A DNA stretch of 64,000 nt from Camelus ferus (Eukaryota): assembly GCF_009834535.1 (NCBI RefSeq), contig NC_045697.1:68202001-68266000 (forward strand), written 5' to 3'. Position numbers and translations under genes: made by a program. Every line of letters starts with the position of its first letter. Within the stretch, counting starts at the first letter, position 1. The notes below the pieces were generated by a model. That model searched no databases and was not told the DNA's origin. It was given only the letters and a program-made list of their open reading frames with translations. Shown one piece after another: positions 36,980-49,724 of this stretch.

Positions 36980-39035
36980 GTTTTTTATTGAAACATAATT
37001 GACCTATAACACTTTGTTAGTACCAGGTGTATAACATAGTCATTCCATATTTCTATACATCACAAAATGTTCACCGTGATAAGTCTAGTTACCATCTGTC
37101 ACCATACAAAGTTATTACAATATTATTGACTGTATTTCCTATGTTGTACATCTCATCCCCATGACTCATTTATTTCTTAATTGGAAGTTTGTACCTCTTA
37201 ATCTCCTCTCATCTATTTCACTCTTCTCCCACCCACCGCCCCTCTAGCACTCACCTGTTTATTTTCTGTATCTGTGAGTCTGTTTCTGTCCTGTTATGTT
37301 TGTTAATTTGTTTTGTATATTAAAGTCTTCACATAAGTGAAATAGTATGGTGTTTGTCTTTCTCTGCCTGACTTATTTCACTTAGCATAATACCCTCTAG
37401 ATCCATTTGTGATATCCCAAATGGCAGAATTTCCTTTTTATGGCTGAGTTCAAGCCACTGTATATATGTGCCTGTGTGTGTGTTTGTATGTGTATGTACA
37501 TATGTATATAATTTCTTCTTTACCCATTCATCTATCAGTGGATGCTTAGGTTGTTTTCATATCTTGGCTATTATTAATAATGCTTCAGTGAACATAGAAG
37601 TGCATATATCTTTTTGAATTAAGTGTTTTTGTTTTCTTCAGAAAAATACCCAGAAGTAGAATTGTTGGATCCACTGAATTGTGTGGTAGTTCTATTTTTA
37701 ATTTTTTGAGGAACCTCCATACTATTTTCTTTTCCATGGTGGCTGCACCAGTTTACATTCCAGCCAACAGTGTGTGAGAGTTCCCTTTTCTCTATATCCT
37801 CATGACACTGGTCTTTTTGATAATAGCCATCCTGAAACATGAGAGCTGGCATCTCATTATGGTTTTGATTTTCATTTCCCTGATGATTAGTGATGTTGAG
37901 CATGTTTTTATGTGCCTGTTAGCCATCTGTGTATCTTTTTTGGAAAAATGTCTATTCAGGTCCTCTGCCCATTTTTTAATTGGGTTGTTTGGTTTTTTGA
38001 TGCTGAATTGTATGTGTTCTTTGTATATTTGGGATATTAACCTCTTATCAGATATATTGCTTACAAACATTTCCTCTCATTCAGTAGGCTGCCTTTTCAT
38101 ATTGCTTATCATTTTCTTTGTTGTGCAAAAGCTTTTTACTTTGATGTGGTCCCATTTTTAATTTTTTAATTTTGTCTTCGCTCCTTGAGGAGACATATCC
38201 AAAACAATATTGCTAAGACTGAAGTTAAAGAGCATACTGCCTATGTTTTTTTCCTAGGAGTTTTACAGTTTTAGGTCTTAGCTTTAAGTCTTTAATACAT
38301 TTTGAGCATATTTTTGTATATGGTGTGAGAAAGTAGTTCAGTTGGATTCTTTTGCATGTAGCTATCCAGTTTTTCCAACATCATTTATTAAAGAGACTTT
38401 CTTTTCCCCCATTGTATATTCTTGACTCCTTGGTTGTAGATTAATTGACTGTAGGTGTGTGGGTTTATTTCTGTGCTCTCCATTCTGTTCCAATGATCTA
38501 TTTGTTGGGTTTTGGGCCAATATTATAATGTTTTAATTACTGTAGCTTTGTTGTATAGTTTGAAATAAGGGAATATGATACCTCTAACTTTGTTCTTCTT
38601 TCTCAAGATTGTTTTGGCTATTAGGGGTATTTCATGTTTCCATACACATTTTAGAATTATTCTAGTATGGTGGAAAATGCCATTTATATTTTGATAGGAA
38701 TTGCATTGAATTGATAGATTGCCTTGAGGAATGTGGTCATTTTAACAATACTAGTTTTTCCAGTCCATGAACATGGTATATCTTTCCATTTGTGCTGTCT
38801 TGCAATTTCTTTCATCAGCGTCTTGTAGTTTTCAGATTGAGATCTTTTACCTCCTTAGATTTAATCCTAGGTACTTTAGTCTTTTTGATGTAAATGTAAA
38901 TTGGATTGTTTTCTTAATTTCTTTTTCTGATAGTACTTTGTTGGTGTATATTAGCACTGTGTATTAATTTTGCATCCTACAAATGTACTGAATTTAACTA
39001 ATTCTAATCTGTCCTAATAATTTTTTTGGTGGTAT
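36980..39035 (-). mobile_element. L1MA-type element, 3' ~2 kb
   Basis: Antisense 3' UTR from ttttattgaaacataattgac; the minus ORF 37792-38070 ([38 protein letters not shown]) is the L1 ORF2 C-terminus. Confidence 0.95.
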
Positions 39036-39039
39036 CCAT

Positions 39040-40505
39040 TGAATGTGATATCTGGTTCCTGACAATTTCTGTGGCCTACTTTTTTCTTGTGTCTGGATCA
39101 TGTGTTGCATGTCTTATAATTTCTATTGTTAAGTGCTAGCCACTTTATATAGTGCCTTGTATCAACTCTGGATGATGATTTCCCTTCCTGCTCTCTGGGG
39201 CTGTTTTGGTGATTGTTTGTGTGCTTATTTGTTTTGTGACTTGACTAGGCTACTTGGTAAAGTCTATTTCCCTTGAAGTATTAAGTCTTTGGTGTCATTC
39301 CTCTGAAAATACAGCCTTGGGCATGTGGCCCACGCCTGGGATGACAGTGGTTTTACCAGGGCTTTCTTGTCTTTCTCTGATCTCTCTGTTAAGCCATCTA
39401 CTTCCTTTGGTATTACACCCAGTTCGTTAGGCTTAAATAATTACTGGTTGATTCTTTCTATTATTTTCAACATCACCCTAGAGCATAAATTTTGCAGCAG
39501 TCTGGTCCAATTAATTTTTACAGTGGTAATTTTTGAGACCAGTCTTTAAATTTTTGTTGTTGTTGTTGTTTTATCTGTCCCAGAGCACTCTTTTCAGATG
39601 TCTTTTCCCATGGTTCTCTCCAGAAAATTGGACGACCAATGGCCTAGCTTGTTACTATTAACTAAGAGAAGCTATTATTTTTGAGAGCACCCTTCAGCTT
39701 GAACTTTATTTCAAATGAAGAACCTAAGGTAACTCCCTTAGATAAAGCTTCAGGGCTCTGTTTCTTATGGACTGCCTCTTCCCCTGGGAAATCTCTCTGA
39801 GCCATTACTCTGGGCTCTGGGTGGGGCAGTAGCCTCTGGATTCTTTGGCTTGCCTCTTTCAGAATAGAACCTCTGCTTTAAGAAGTAGCTGGGCTGAGGC
39901 CATAGGGATCTCAGCATTCTTAGCTTGATGCACATAGGGCAGAGCCTCTGTCCTATGAATAGACACTGAGTGGAAAAAGGAGCCCCTCAACTATTAGCTG
40001 GCACTTACTAGGAAGTTAGCCATTTCAACTTGCAATTGGAGAAGATGAGAAATACTGATGGTTTATACTCCTAGGGAGATATGGTAAAACTTAATTCAGA
40101 GCTGAGAGAAAAGGGAACCTTCTCTTGGCCACACCTAATAGTATAGCTTTCATTAAGCTGAGTTTGGTAGGTGGAGAGAAGCAATGAGTCATGACTCAGA
40201 TGCCATAGTCTCTCACTCTTCTTACTGAGAAAAGTAAAAACTTACTATATTCTTGAATTTTTTTTTTAAATTTTCTGTATGCCCTTAGAGAAGTTTCCAG
40301 AGGCTTTTTTTTTTTTTTTTAGTTTTATAGTTTTTATTAGTTTTGCTTATTTCACTGAAGAATGGGTCTGTGGAGCTCTTCACCTTGTTATCTTGAAAAT
40401 GGAGCCCCTATAATCTCATTCTTTAAAATTTTATTTTCTGTTATTCCAAGGGAATATGAGGTGAATGAGAGGTGGACAGATATGTTCAGTTTGTCATCTT
40501 GATCT
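39040..40505 (-). mobile_element. Older L1 5' UTR region
   Basis: Antisense L1M 5'-end style; ends ...ttcagtttgtcatcttg (reverse of caagatg). Confidence 0.55.
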
Positions 40506-41838
40506 AATCCCTTTCATCTCATTCTAAGAGTTGACCTCTTCTTTCATAGTCTCCTCTGTTGCCCAGGTATAAGTAATTTATTTATACAGTCCTATCACTG
40601 GCATTTGAGAGAACCAGGTCCAGAAACTCTCTAAAAAACTTGGTTTCAAATACAGCCTTCTGTACTTACTAGTTATTTGACCTTCACATCAGTTGGGCTC
40701 TTTGAATTTGTTCCTTCACCTGTAATAAAAAGAAAGTACATTTACTATTTCTTGTCATTAGAGATAATGTAAAATGTTAGTCTAAACATAACTTTTAGAG
40801 TCCAAGTTATCTTATCTTAATAATAGGAAATACAAGAAAGATTGTGGCAAATTTATTTTAGTTTCATTATCTAATAAGCTTTAAACTACTCTTAAAATTA
40901 AAAAAATCATGTACACAGCAATTCTTACTTCATTAACAATATTTTGAAAGAATGCAAGTCAAACCAATTTTTGGATTCTTGATTAATCTCTACAGTTCCT
41001 TGACTTCGCATGAAAGAAGCATTTAAGAACTCAAGACTGGGAAAAATAATTTCTTTTTCATGTAAATATGCTCAGATATTTTTGAGATGCTTGTGTATAG
41101 GTTTAGACAAAACACAATGATTTAAAAATTTGAGTCCCAGAGGGTTTCATTTTAGAAACTATTACTGTTTAATCCCACAATGACTGATTCCTGTATCTGG
41201 AATGCTTGATTTAATTTAAGGGTTTATAACTTCATCATTTTCCATACTGTTAAGAAATGCCATATTATTGTATTAAAATTTTACTATTACCCCATTTATT
41301 TGAAATCTGTGAAAATTTATACATGGATTGAGTGAAAATTTGCCCTTGCTATTTTTTTGAAATAAATTTCCTAAAAATCTGTCGAAGCAAAACCTAGTAG
41401 AGAACCCTACAGAAGTAGGATTGTGTATTTAATAAGTTGCTGTATTTAATAAGCATGCTCCTAGATGAGGGAAACATTTGGTGAGCAGGAATTTGTCATA
41501 CATTTAGACAATTGACAAATAAATTACACATTTCTAAGAATTTAGAATATAGGGAAGGCCTTTAGGACCTTGCCTGGAAATATCTTCTTACATCAGTTGG
41601 GGTCTGAGAGCTGGAAGTAGTCCCATTATTTAGGTATTTATGTGGTTTTTAAATGGTACATCAATAAATCTTTGAGATTCTGTGAGGTCCCTTAGTCTCT
41701 TAGAAAGTGGTGCTGTTGAAGTGGGAGGTGGTGTCTGTAAAGAATTCCAGGAATTCATCCTGCTTCAACCATTGAACTTTTTATTGATTTTACATATGGA
41801 CTTCTATATAATGTTTCATTCATTCAAACAAAGGGTCC

Positions 41839-42306
41839 TGTGATGGTTAATTTTATGTGTCCATTTGATTAGGCCTCAGTAACCAGATATTTGGTCAAAT
41901 ACCAGCCTGGATATTGCTGTGAAGTTATTTTTCAGATGAGATTAACATTTGAATCAGTAGATTAGTCTCAATAATGTGGGTGAGACTTTTCCAATCAATT
42001 GAAGATCTTAAAACAAAATAGACTGAGGTCTCTGAGGAAGAGTTGTGCCTCCAGACTGCCTTTGGTCTCAAGCTGGAATATCAGCTCTTCCCTGGGTCTC
42101 TAAGCCTTCCATCCTGCTCTGCAGAGTTTGGATTTGCTGGCCTTCACAATCATGTGAACCAATTCCTTACAATGTATTTCTCAATCAGTCTCTCTTTCTC
42201 TCTCTCTGTTTCTCTCCCTGTTTCCCTCCCTGTTTCACATCATACAAACACACACACACACACAGCCCTTATTAGTTTTGTTTCTCTGGATAACCCTTAC
42301 TGATAA
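41839..42306 (+). mobile_element. MLT2B-like ERVL solo LTR
   Basis: tgtgatggttaattttatgtgtc...gagattaacatttgaatcagtaga...tgtttctctggataacccttactgata. Confidence 0.9.
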
Positions 42307-42433
42307 AAGTTCATTGTTAAAAATCTTGACTTGGTTCAATCCCCTCCTTTTCCAATAAACTCTTCTTAAAATACAAATTACTAAGCTTCACTTCCTCCCT
42401 GCTAGACTTTCTGCTTGAATATATTCATGGTAG

Positions 42434-43040
42434 TGTTACTGGGAGGAGGGGAATAAGAGTTACCTTCGTTCTTAGTCACCTGAAAAAGATGAATTTTTAG
42501 AGAGAGACAGAAAGCATGATATAAACAAGATTTTATTAGTAAAGTAAAAAAGTAGTAAAATATAATACACTCCCGAGAATTAGGAGTGGGCCAATCAAAG
42601 AGAGGAAAATTGGCGCTGTTCCTTTGTTTTTCCTGTTTTTATATCATGGCTTAGGGGGCATTTGTTTGTGATTGATTGATTGATTCATGGCTCAGTTTCT
42701 TTGATCAGGCTGACTAACAGCTCACATTCCTTGTGCTCAGGCACGCCCTTCCCTTTTATGCATATTTTTACCCATGATGCACACAGAGAAACCTACGGGA
42801 GGGGGCTCAAACTGCAATGTTAATTATATTATAATAAGCATTTGGTCAAGTTAAGCCAGGTCTTTCTCTCTATTGTGCAGCTGCAGCGTTGGATCCTAGT
42901 CAGCTTCTTTGCTGGGCCTCACTAAAAGTAAAAGTTTTTGGAGCCCCTTATCCTGAGCGCATGTGTACTTTTATTTTCTGGGCTCCTCTCTCTCCTTTCC
43001 TCTCCCCTTACCTGGTGCTCATTTCTCTAAATGCCTAACA
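42434..43040 (-). mobile_element. ERV1 solo LTR
   Basis: tgtta...taaca termini with perfect 4-bp TSD gtag (42430-42433, 43041-43044); sits inside a MER5-like remnant. Confidence 0.9.
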
Positions 43041-43539
43041 GTAGGACCTCTGTATTTGCCTTTAATTTCTAACAAGTTTCCAGGTGATGCTGACCCTGCT
43101 AGTTTAGAGACCACGCTTGAGAAGAACTCCTTTAGATCATAGTATAAAATGTGAGAAAGTAATGAAGGAGCTGAAGTATACTAGAAATCTTTTAAATTAA
43201 ATAAATTATTTGATGTGGCCCTTTTTTTTCCCTCTTGACTAAGATCTACTGCAATTTTTATCCATATTCCTGGTCTTCAGATTTCTTATTGATAAAATAA
43301 AAACTTTGGAGCAAATGATATTTGATGTTCCTCCTAGTTACAATTTACGGAATTTTATAATACTACTATTTCTTGTGAGAATTAAAGAAAAACATTTAAG
43401 AAAATAAATTCTGGAACTGTCTACCTATAACAGCTACGAATAACTTGGCAGCACACAACTGTGAACTTGTAAGTAACTATGGTTTGAATAAATTGTTTCG
43501 CACATGAAAAATGTCTGAAAGTAGATGACTGTCATTTTT

Positions 43540-43955
43540 GTTTTCATGATTACAGGCTGGATTCTCTGGAAGAGAGGCTGAGATGGGGTTTGGATTATAA
43601 AATGTTTAATAGGGATCAATACCTATGAGAAGTGGGAAGGAGTTGGACTAGGTAGATAAAACTGTGATTCACACCCAAAAAAACCTCATCCATTCTAGCA
43701 GGGAGCTCCAGAGTGAATGTTGCCTAACAGAGGGTCTTATGTTGGCCTGAAACAATCAGGTCTGTCTCTGGATATTCACTGCATCTCACTCTGTCACTGG
43801 AAGAGTGTGACCTCAGCCAGGCAGCTCTCAGCAGCTGAGTTAGACCCTGAAGAGCAGATATTTGGATGCTGTCTACTGATCCCACTCTCCACACCTAGCA
43901 ATCAGTTTCTTCCTTAAAGGGAGTTATGGGTGGTACATCTTTTGTCTACAACACG
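43540..43955 (-). mobile_element. LTR16-like ERVL LTR
   Basis: ggattctctggaagagaggctgagatgg...tgtttaataggg...gggagctccagag. Confidence 0.6.
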
Positions 43956-46484
43956 TACCGACATATGTCCTCTGTAATTCTCTTAGCCTTTCTCTCATGT
44001 TCAGAAAATGACTCCTACAGTTTGAAGTATCACATGCCATTCAAAGCACCAAGGGAGAGGAGAAGCAGTAATATTTCTTTCATCAGGGAATAAAAACCTT
44101 TCCTAGAAACCATTGAGCACATTTTGCTTAGGCTTCACTTACCAGAAGGTTATCACATAACTAGATCTGTAGAGGTTGGAAAGGTGAATAGGGAGTGTCT
44201 TCAATCTCTACAGTGGAGAAATAAAAGGGAAAAGTAGTTGGGATGGATGTGGAATTCCATGAAGGTCTTTGTCACTCACTTTACGAATCACCCCGAATGT
44301 CTACCGGTTACTCTTCCAGGTACTGTTTGTTGAATCCCATTAAAATAAGCAAAATCAGTATTATTCTTCCCAATTCCGAGGAAAAATTCTGAAAACTAAA
44401 TCCTTGCTTTTTCTTATGCTTTTTTTACATTTTCCTCAGTCATTGTCATGACACTCAGAATTAACACTTTTAGCCTTTAAAGAATTTACTGGAGCAGCAG
44501 AAAAGGATATTTTCTGGCAATATATGTAGAGTACAGTTTTACTAAGACCATGTACATGATCCTATTGGGAAAAAATAGCAATTACTAAGCTTAGTATTTT
44601 TATTTTTATTTTTCCTTTGAAATCCAAATACGTTTTCTTCTCTATCCTGAGAAACTGTAGGCAGGCAACTCACAAATGTGGCATGAACTGAAGGATACAG
44701 GGACTGTAATTTGTATCAAAGCCAAACCAACAGGACTTCTGTCATCTCCTTTTCAAAACAATATTATCCTAAGGGGCCTGCTATTTCACTGTAAACCAAG
44801 AAATTCATGCTCAGACATGCAACTGCCAGCTCACAATTTAACATAAAAAAATACTAAAAAGAAAGCAAGAAAGTAGGTGAGAAAGAAGCCCTACCAATCT
44901 CAGAAATCCCTCCTGTTCTTAAGTAGCAGGTATTGTTGCTAATAAACAAATGAAGTTGAATAATGACTTAGTGAATTACAATAACATATACTGTCAAGTG
45001 AATAAATCATAACTAAAAGTAAGGGCCATGCTTTCACAATTGCTGAAGTGGATAGGAAGGAGGAGGAATCTAATTATCTTATTTCTATAGCTTACCTGAT
45101 TGAAATTTAGCTGTATTCAAACTCACTTTGCTGTAAATTTATTCTTGGAGTCAGTAATTTTGACCTGGGACTTGAAATTTTTTCTTCAAAAACATTAGAG
45201 ATTATATAGAATATCAGAATAATATCAGAGTTGCAATTTAAATCAAAATTATTATTATAATAAAAATTACGTTTTAACAGCAGTGTATAACTTTTCAAAG
45301 TAATTCACATAACTGTTTTTTATGGGGTGCTTTCAGAAATTGCTAGAAAAATAAATACTTTGGTGTATTGAGCTAAATATACTGTTTTCATAATGAAATT
45401 GTAAAATTTCTCTACAGCTTTAACAACCAGAATAAACCAGCCAATGAACAGCATTGAATGAACTGACTTTCAGGAGACAAAATAAGCATGGTTTAAAAAA
45501 CTTGTTATTTTAAATAAAAACAGTAGAGGGCTCTGAAAATGATGAAACAATCAACTGCAGAAGCTAATTCGATTGAATCCCAACTAGGTGTGACACATTT
45601 TACACACATTATCTCATATATAAAAGAAATATGGAAGCTATGAATAAAGGAATCATAAAAAGCAAGCTGTTTATGAGTAACTTTCCACACGATATTATTT
45701 ATCCTCTTAAGCCATTCCTTAACTATTTTATTTTTTTAATTATTTTTCAATAAAAATTCGAAACAGGCAATTTAATCACTTACAGAAAGAGTTCAGACAT
45801 ATATTCTCTTGGTGTTATTTCTTTAGGGAATAGTGTTCTCTATATTGTTTCAATATTGATTTATGTGTTAATTTTTTTCTGCCATAGAACATCAGTGGAT
45901 ATATTTTTCAAGGGACTATATTTCTAAATTTTCTTAAAATAGAATTTACCTACTTTCCTCACTAAAGTTCCAGGAGATATTTTTCACAGGAATAGAAATA
46001 TAATTTTTAATATCTGTCTTAATGCAACTAAAATAATTATATTATTTTCATAATGAACTACTATCACCAATGTTCCATATTCATAAAACTAAATTAATTT
46101 TGACTCAGTAATAATTTTGTATACATATTTCACTCAGGGGTAATTTTCTAATAGAGGAAAAATGGACTCAATATGGAAAATATGTTTGAGTGCTATTTTT
46201 AAGGTTCAGTTATAAATTTGGTAATTATTAAAATGGAATTAATTGATTACATTTAATGTTTAGCAACATTTCTCTCCTCTACTATAGATGATTAGAGAGG
46301 AACAAGATGGCTGGACATCTGAATTGCTTCTATTTTTTTCTTTCTTCAGAATTCCCAAAGGTATATCTTAAAACACAGAAATGACAATTTTAGAACAAAC
46401 ACATGCAGAACTCAAGATAAGTCCTTGTGAAAGGAATTGATGGTGATGTAACCAGAGTTGCAATGTTAAATATTTCTGTAATAT

Positions 46485-46610
46485 GAGAGGCAGCATAATG
46501 TTATGGTGAGGAAAACAGACTCAGAGCAAGACTGCTTGAGACAAAGCTGGGCTCCAATCACCATCTGAGTGCCTGTAGGCAAGTTGGAACCACTCTATCA
46601 ATGTGAAATA
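46485..46610 (+). mobile_element. MIR fragment
   Basis: gagaggcagcataatg...gactcagagcaagactgc...ggcaagtt. Confidence 0.55.
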
Positions 46611-48914
46611 CTACCATAGTATAATTACTATTAATATACCACTGACTTAAAGCATTAACGTAAAGTCCAAAAGGACCTGTTTTATTAATAAGAGCCCAAT
46701 TTAGACCCAAGGGAATTTGAATTCAAATAATAAAGGATGGTTAAATATTTCAAAGTGTGCAAATAAATTTTAATCTGTATGTTATTAATATGAGTTTATA
46801 GTAATTTATGTATTTCAATCTCTTATTTCTATTCTTTAAAATTCATCTATGTTTTTTCCTATCTTCTCCCTTTTAGCTGTAATTTAACAGAGGCAGGACA
46901 AAAGAAAAATTCATACTCCTAGAACATTTCCTAGAAATAGTCTAAGTCCTGTGAACATCATACAACAGCCTTTTAAATTAGAAGATTAAGAAAAATATCT
47001 CAACTACAAAAACCAAAAATTAGTCTGACTCTGTTTTTATTTCCTTCCTTTCCTAAAAATCATAAATGTTACAATTAATATACAACGTATATGTAAGATA
47101 AAAGACTGAATAGATCCTTCCTTTCATTTTCCTCTACTATTCTTTTTTCATCTCTTTTAACATAATACCTCTATTAAACTAAAAAGATGTTTTGACATTT
47201 TTTATTTTTCACCAAGTACTCTAAATTAGCATGTGACACAACTAAAAGCACTGTCAGATAATATTAAAGATAAGCAAGATTCTAAATGGACACAAATTGA
47301 ACAATTTAATTATCTGCCACCAATATTTTCAGTGTACCACTGTTGTGCTGCTCCGTTTCACAGAAAGCAGCTGCCTAGTCAGTTATTCCTACTGATTTGT
47401 GGAAACTCAAGGTTTAGTTTCATAACAATATCGTTACTGGACAACTGAAATAGATCCTTTTCCTAGTTTGCTTTATGAGGTAAACCCTAAAAAAAGATTA
47501 TTCAATTAACCATGGAGAGATTTATGTAAAATCAGTTTATTTTATAAAATGATTTAATGTTAAGGGGTATAAGGCAGGTTAGCTGTAACTAAGTGTACTT
47601 ATCTATTTGCCTTCTTTTATAGAAATGAGAGAAACAAAGATAAATAGATATATTAACTGTAAAAATATATGGCCAAGGAAGGAAATTTATTGTTTATTCT
47701 AGGAAAATAAAACAATTTTTACATTGAGTAAGAATTGCACAAATTTGTGTGGATGTATATATACACACATGTATAAAATCACAACATTAAATAAGTACAA
47801 CTTCACTGTGGGACTTAGTTTGTAAGAAATACGAAGTTTTGAAGCCCTGAGATTGGCATTGACATAAATAAATTCTAAATAAGAAATAATTAGAAAATAT
47901 TTTTTGATCTTATACTGTAGAAAAACTATGGTGTGGAGGTGGGAGAAACTGTACCTGATTATAAAGGTTTTACATTGATTGACATATACCCTTAAGGTGC
48001 CACACACAGTTATTTTATAAATCTCTTTTGGTCTTAATGTTTTTGATCTGACAGATAAGTGAGCATGAGGGAGGAAGAGAGAAACTTCAAATACCTTAGT
48101 TCTACTGTCACCTTCAGTAACCTCTCTATTTTGTTACTCAGAGACTTTTGTATTTAGAAAGAGGTCACTTACACAGGTAGAAAAACACTTATTTTCTCTG
48201 AGATTCAATTAATTGTTTTTACTCAGTGATGAGTTTTGATTAGATCTCTTAGTCCCTTTTATCTCTAAACTTTATGGTTAAAACATAGAATAGAAAATTA
48301 CCACAGATCCAAAATGTCTTAGAGGCACACTTGCAGATATCAATACTAAAACTTACCTGAAGAGAATGTAAAGAAATCTCTGTGGATGAAAGTCTTGGGA
48401 TATTTATGAAAAAGTCATTGCTGTTGAATTCTCCTTTTCTTTTCTTAGTTTTGCATTCATACGAGTAAAACATTAGTATATTTCAAGGGATTTCAAAACT
48501 GACTGGAACTTAATATTCATATGCACTCATTCATGTTATGAGTGAGAAAAGTATAACTTAGGGAGGATAAATAGATTAAAGCTTGGGTCTTATCACTGAC
48601 CTGACCTTTTCATTAATTCATTTATTCATTCATTTAAACAAACATTTACTGAATACTGTTGCGCAAGACACTATGATAAGGACTAGAGAACAAATACAAA
48701 TATGTCATTTTCCCTGCCCTACAGTATTTTATGTTCTTAGGGGGGGAAAAAGCAAATTTCCCATGGAAAAATGTCTCCTTGGGAAAAATGCTAGTGAATC
48801 TAAATTATAAAAACAGAAGGGGAAATTGTTTCTAATTAAAATAAAACTATTCTTTGATTAAAATTTATATTAACATGAGAAGTTATTATAAGTACATCAA
48901 TTTTAGAAAGTATA

Positions 48915-49724
48915 AAAGTTGTTTAAAATAGTCCAACAAAGAACAGTTCAGCTCCAGATGCCTTCCATAGTGAATTCTCCCTAACATTTAAGGAAATAAA
49001 TACCAATTCTATCAAACTCTTTCAGAAAAAAGAGGAGGAGGAGATAATTTCTAACTCATTTCATGAGGTCACTATTAACTTGATACCAAAACTAGACAGA
49101 TACATTTGAAGAAATAAACACTGCAGAGACCAATATCTTTCATGAATATGTGCACAAAAATCTTCAGCAAACTATTAGCAAAATCAAAGCCAATAATATG
49201 TATAAAGGCCAAAACATCATAACCAAGTTGGACTTAACCTCAAAAATGTACGGTTGGTTTAACATTCAAAATTCGATCAATGTAATTCACCATATTCACA
49301 ATAAAAGAAAAAAACATAAATATTTCAATAGATGTAGAAGTATATTTGACAAAATTCAGCATCAAGTCATTTTTTAAACTTTTAGCCATATACAAGTAAA
49401 CGAGAACTTCCACAAACTGATAAGGGCCATTTATGTGAAACCTACAGCTAACCTCATATTTAAGGGTGAATATTTGATATTTTCTACCTAGGATTAGGAA
49501 TAAAGCAATAATGTCCACCCTCACTATTACCATTCAGCTTTTATATTGCAGGTCCTACCTATTGCAGTAATGAAATGAATAGCATAAAATGCATAATGAT
49601 TGACAAGAAATAGGTAAAAAGTGTTTCTTTTTCTATAAGACATGATTGTTTACATAGAAAATCTTCAAGGACTCCACAAAACACCTACTAAAAGTAATAG
49701 GTTAATTTATCAAAGTTACAAGAG
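48915..49724 (+). mobile_element. Old L1 ORF2 (RT region), left part
   Basis: GWFNIQNSINVIHHI-type RT sequence; continues colinearly at 56413. Confidence 0.85.
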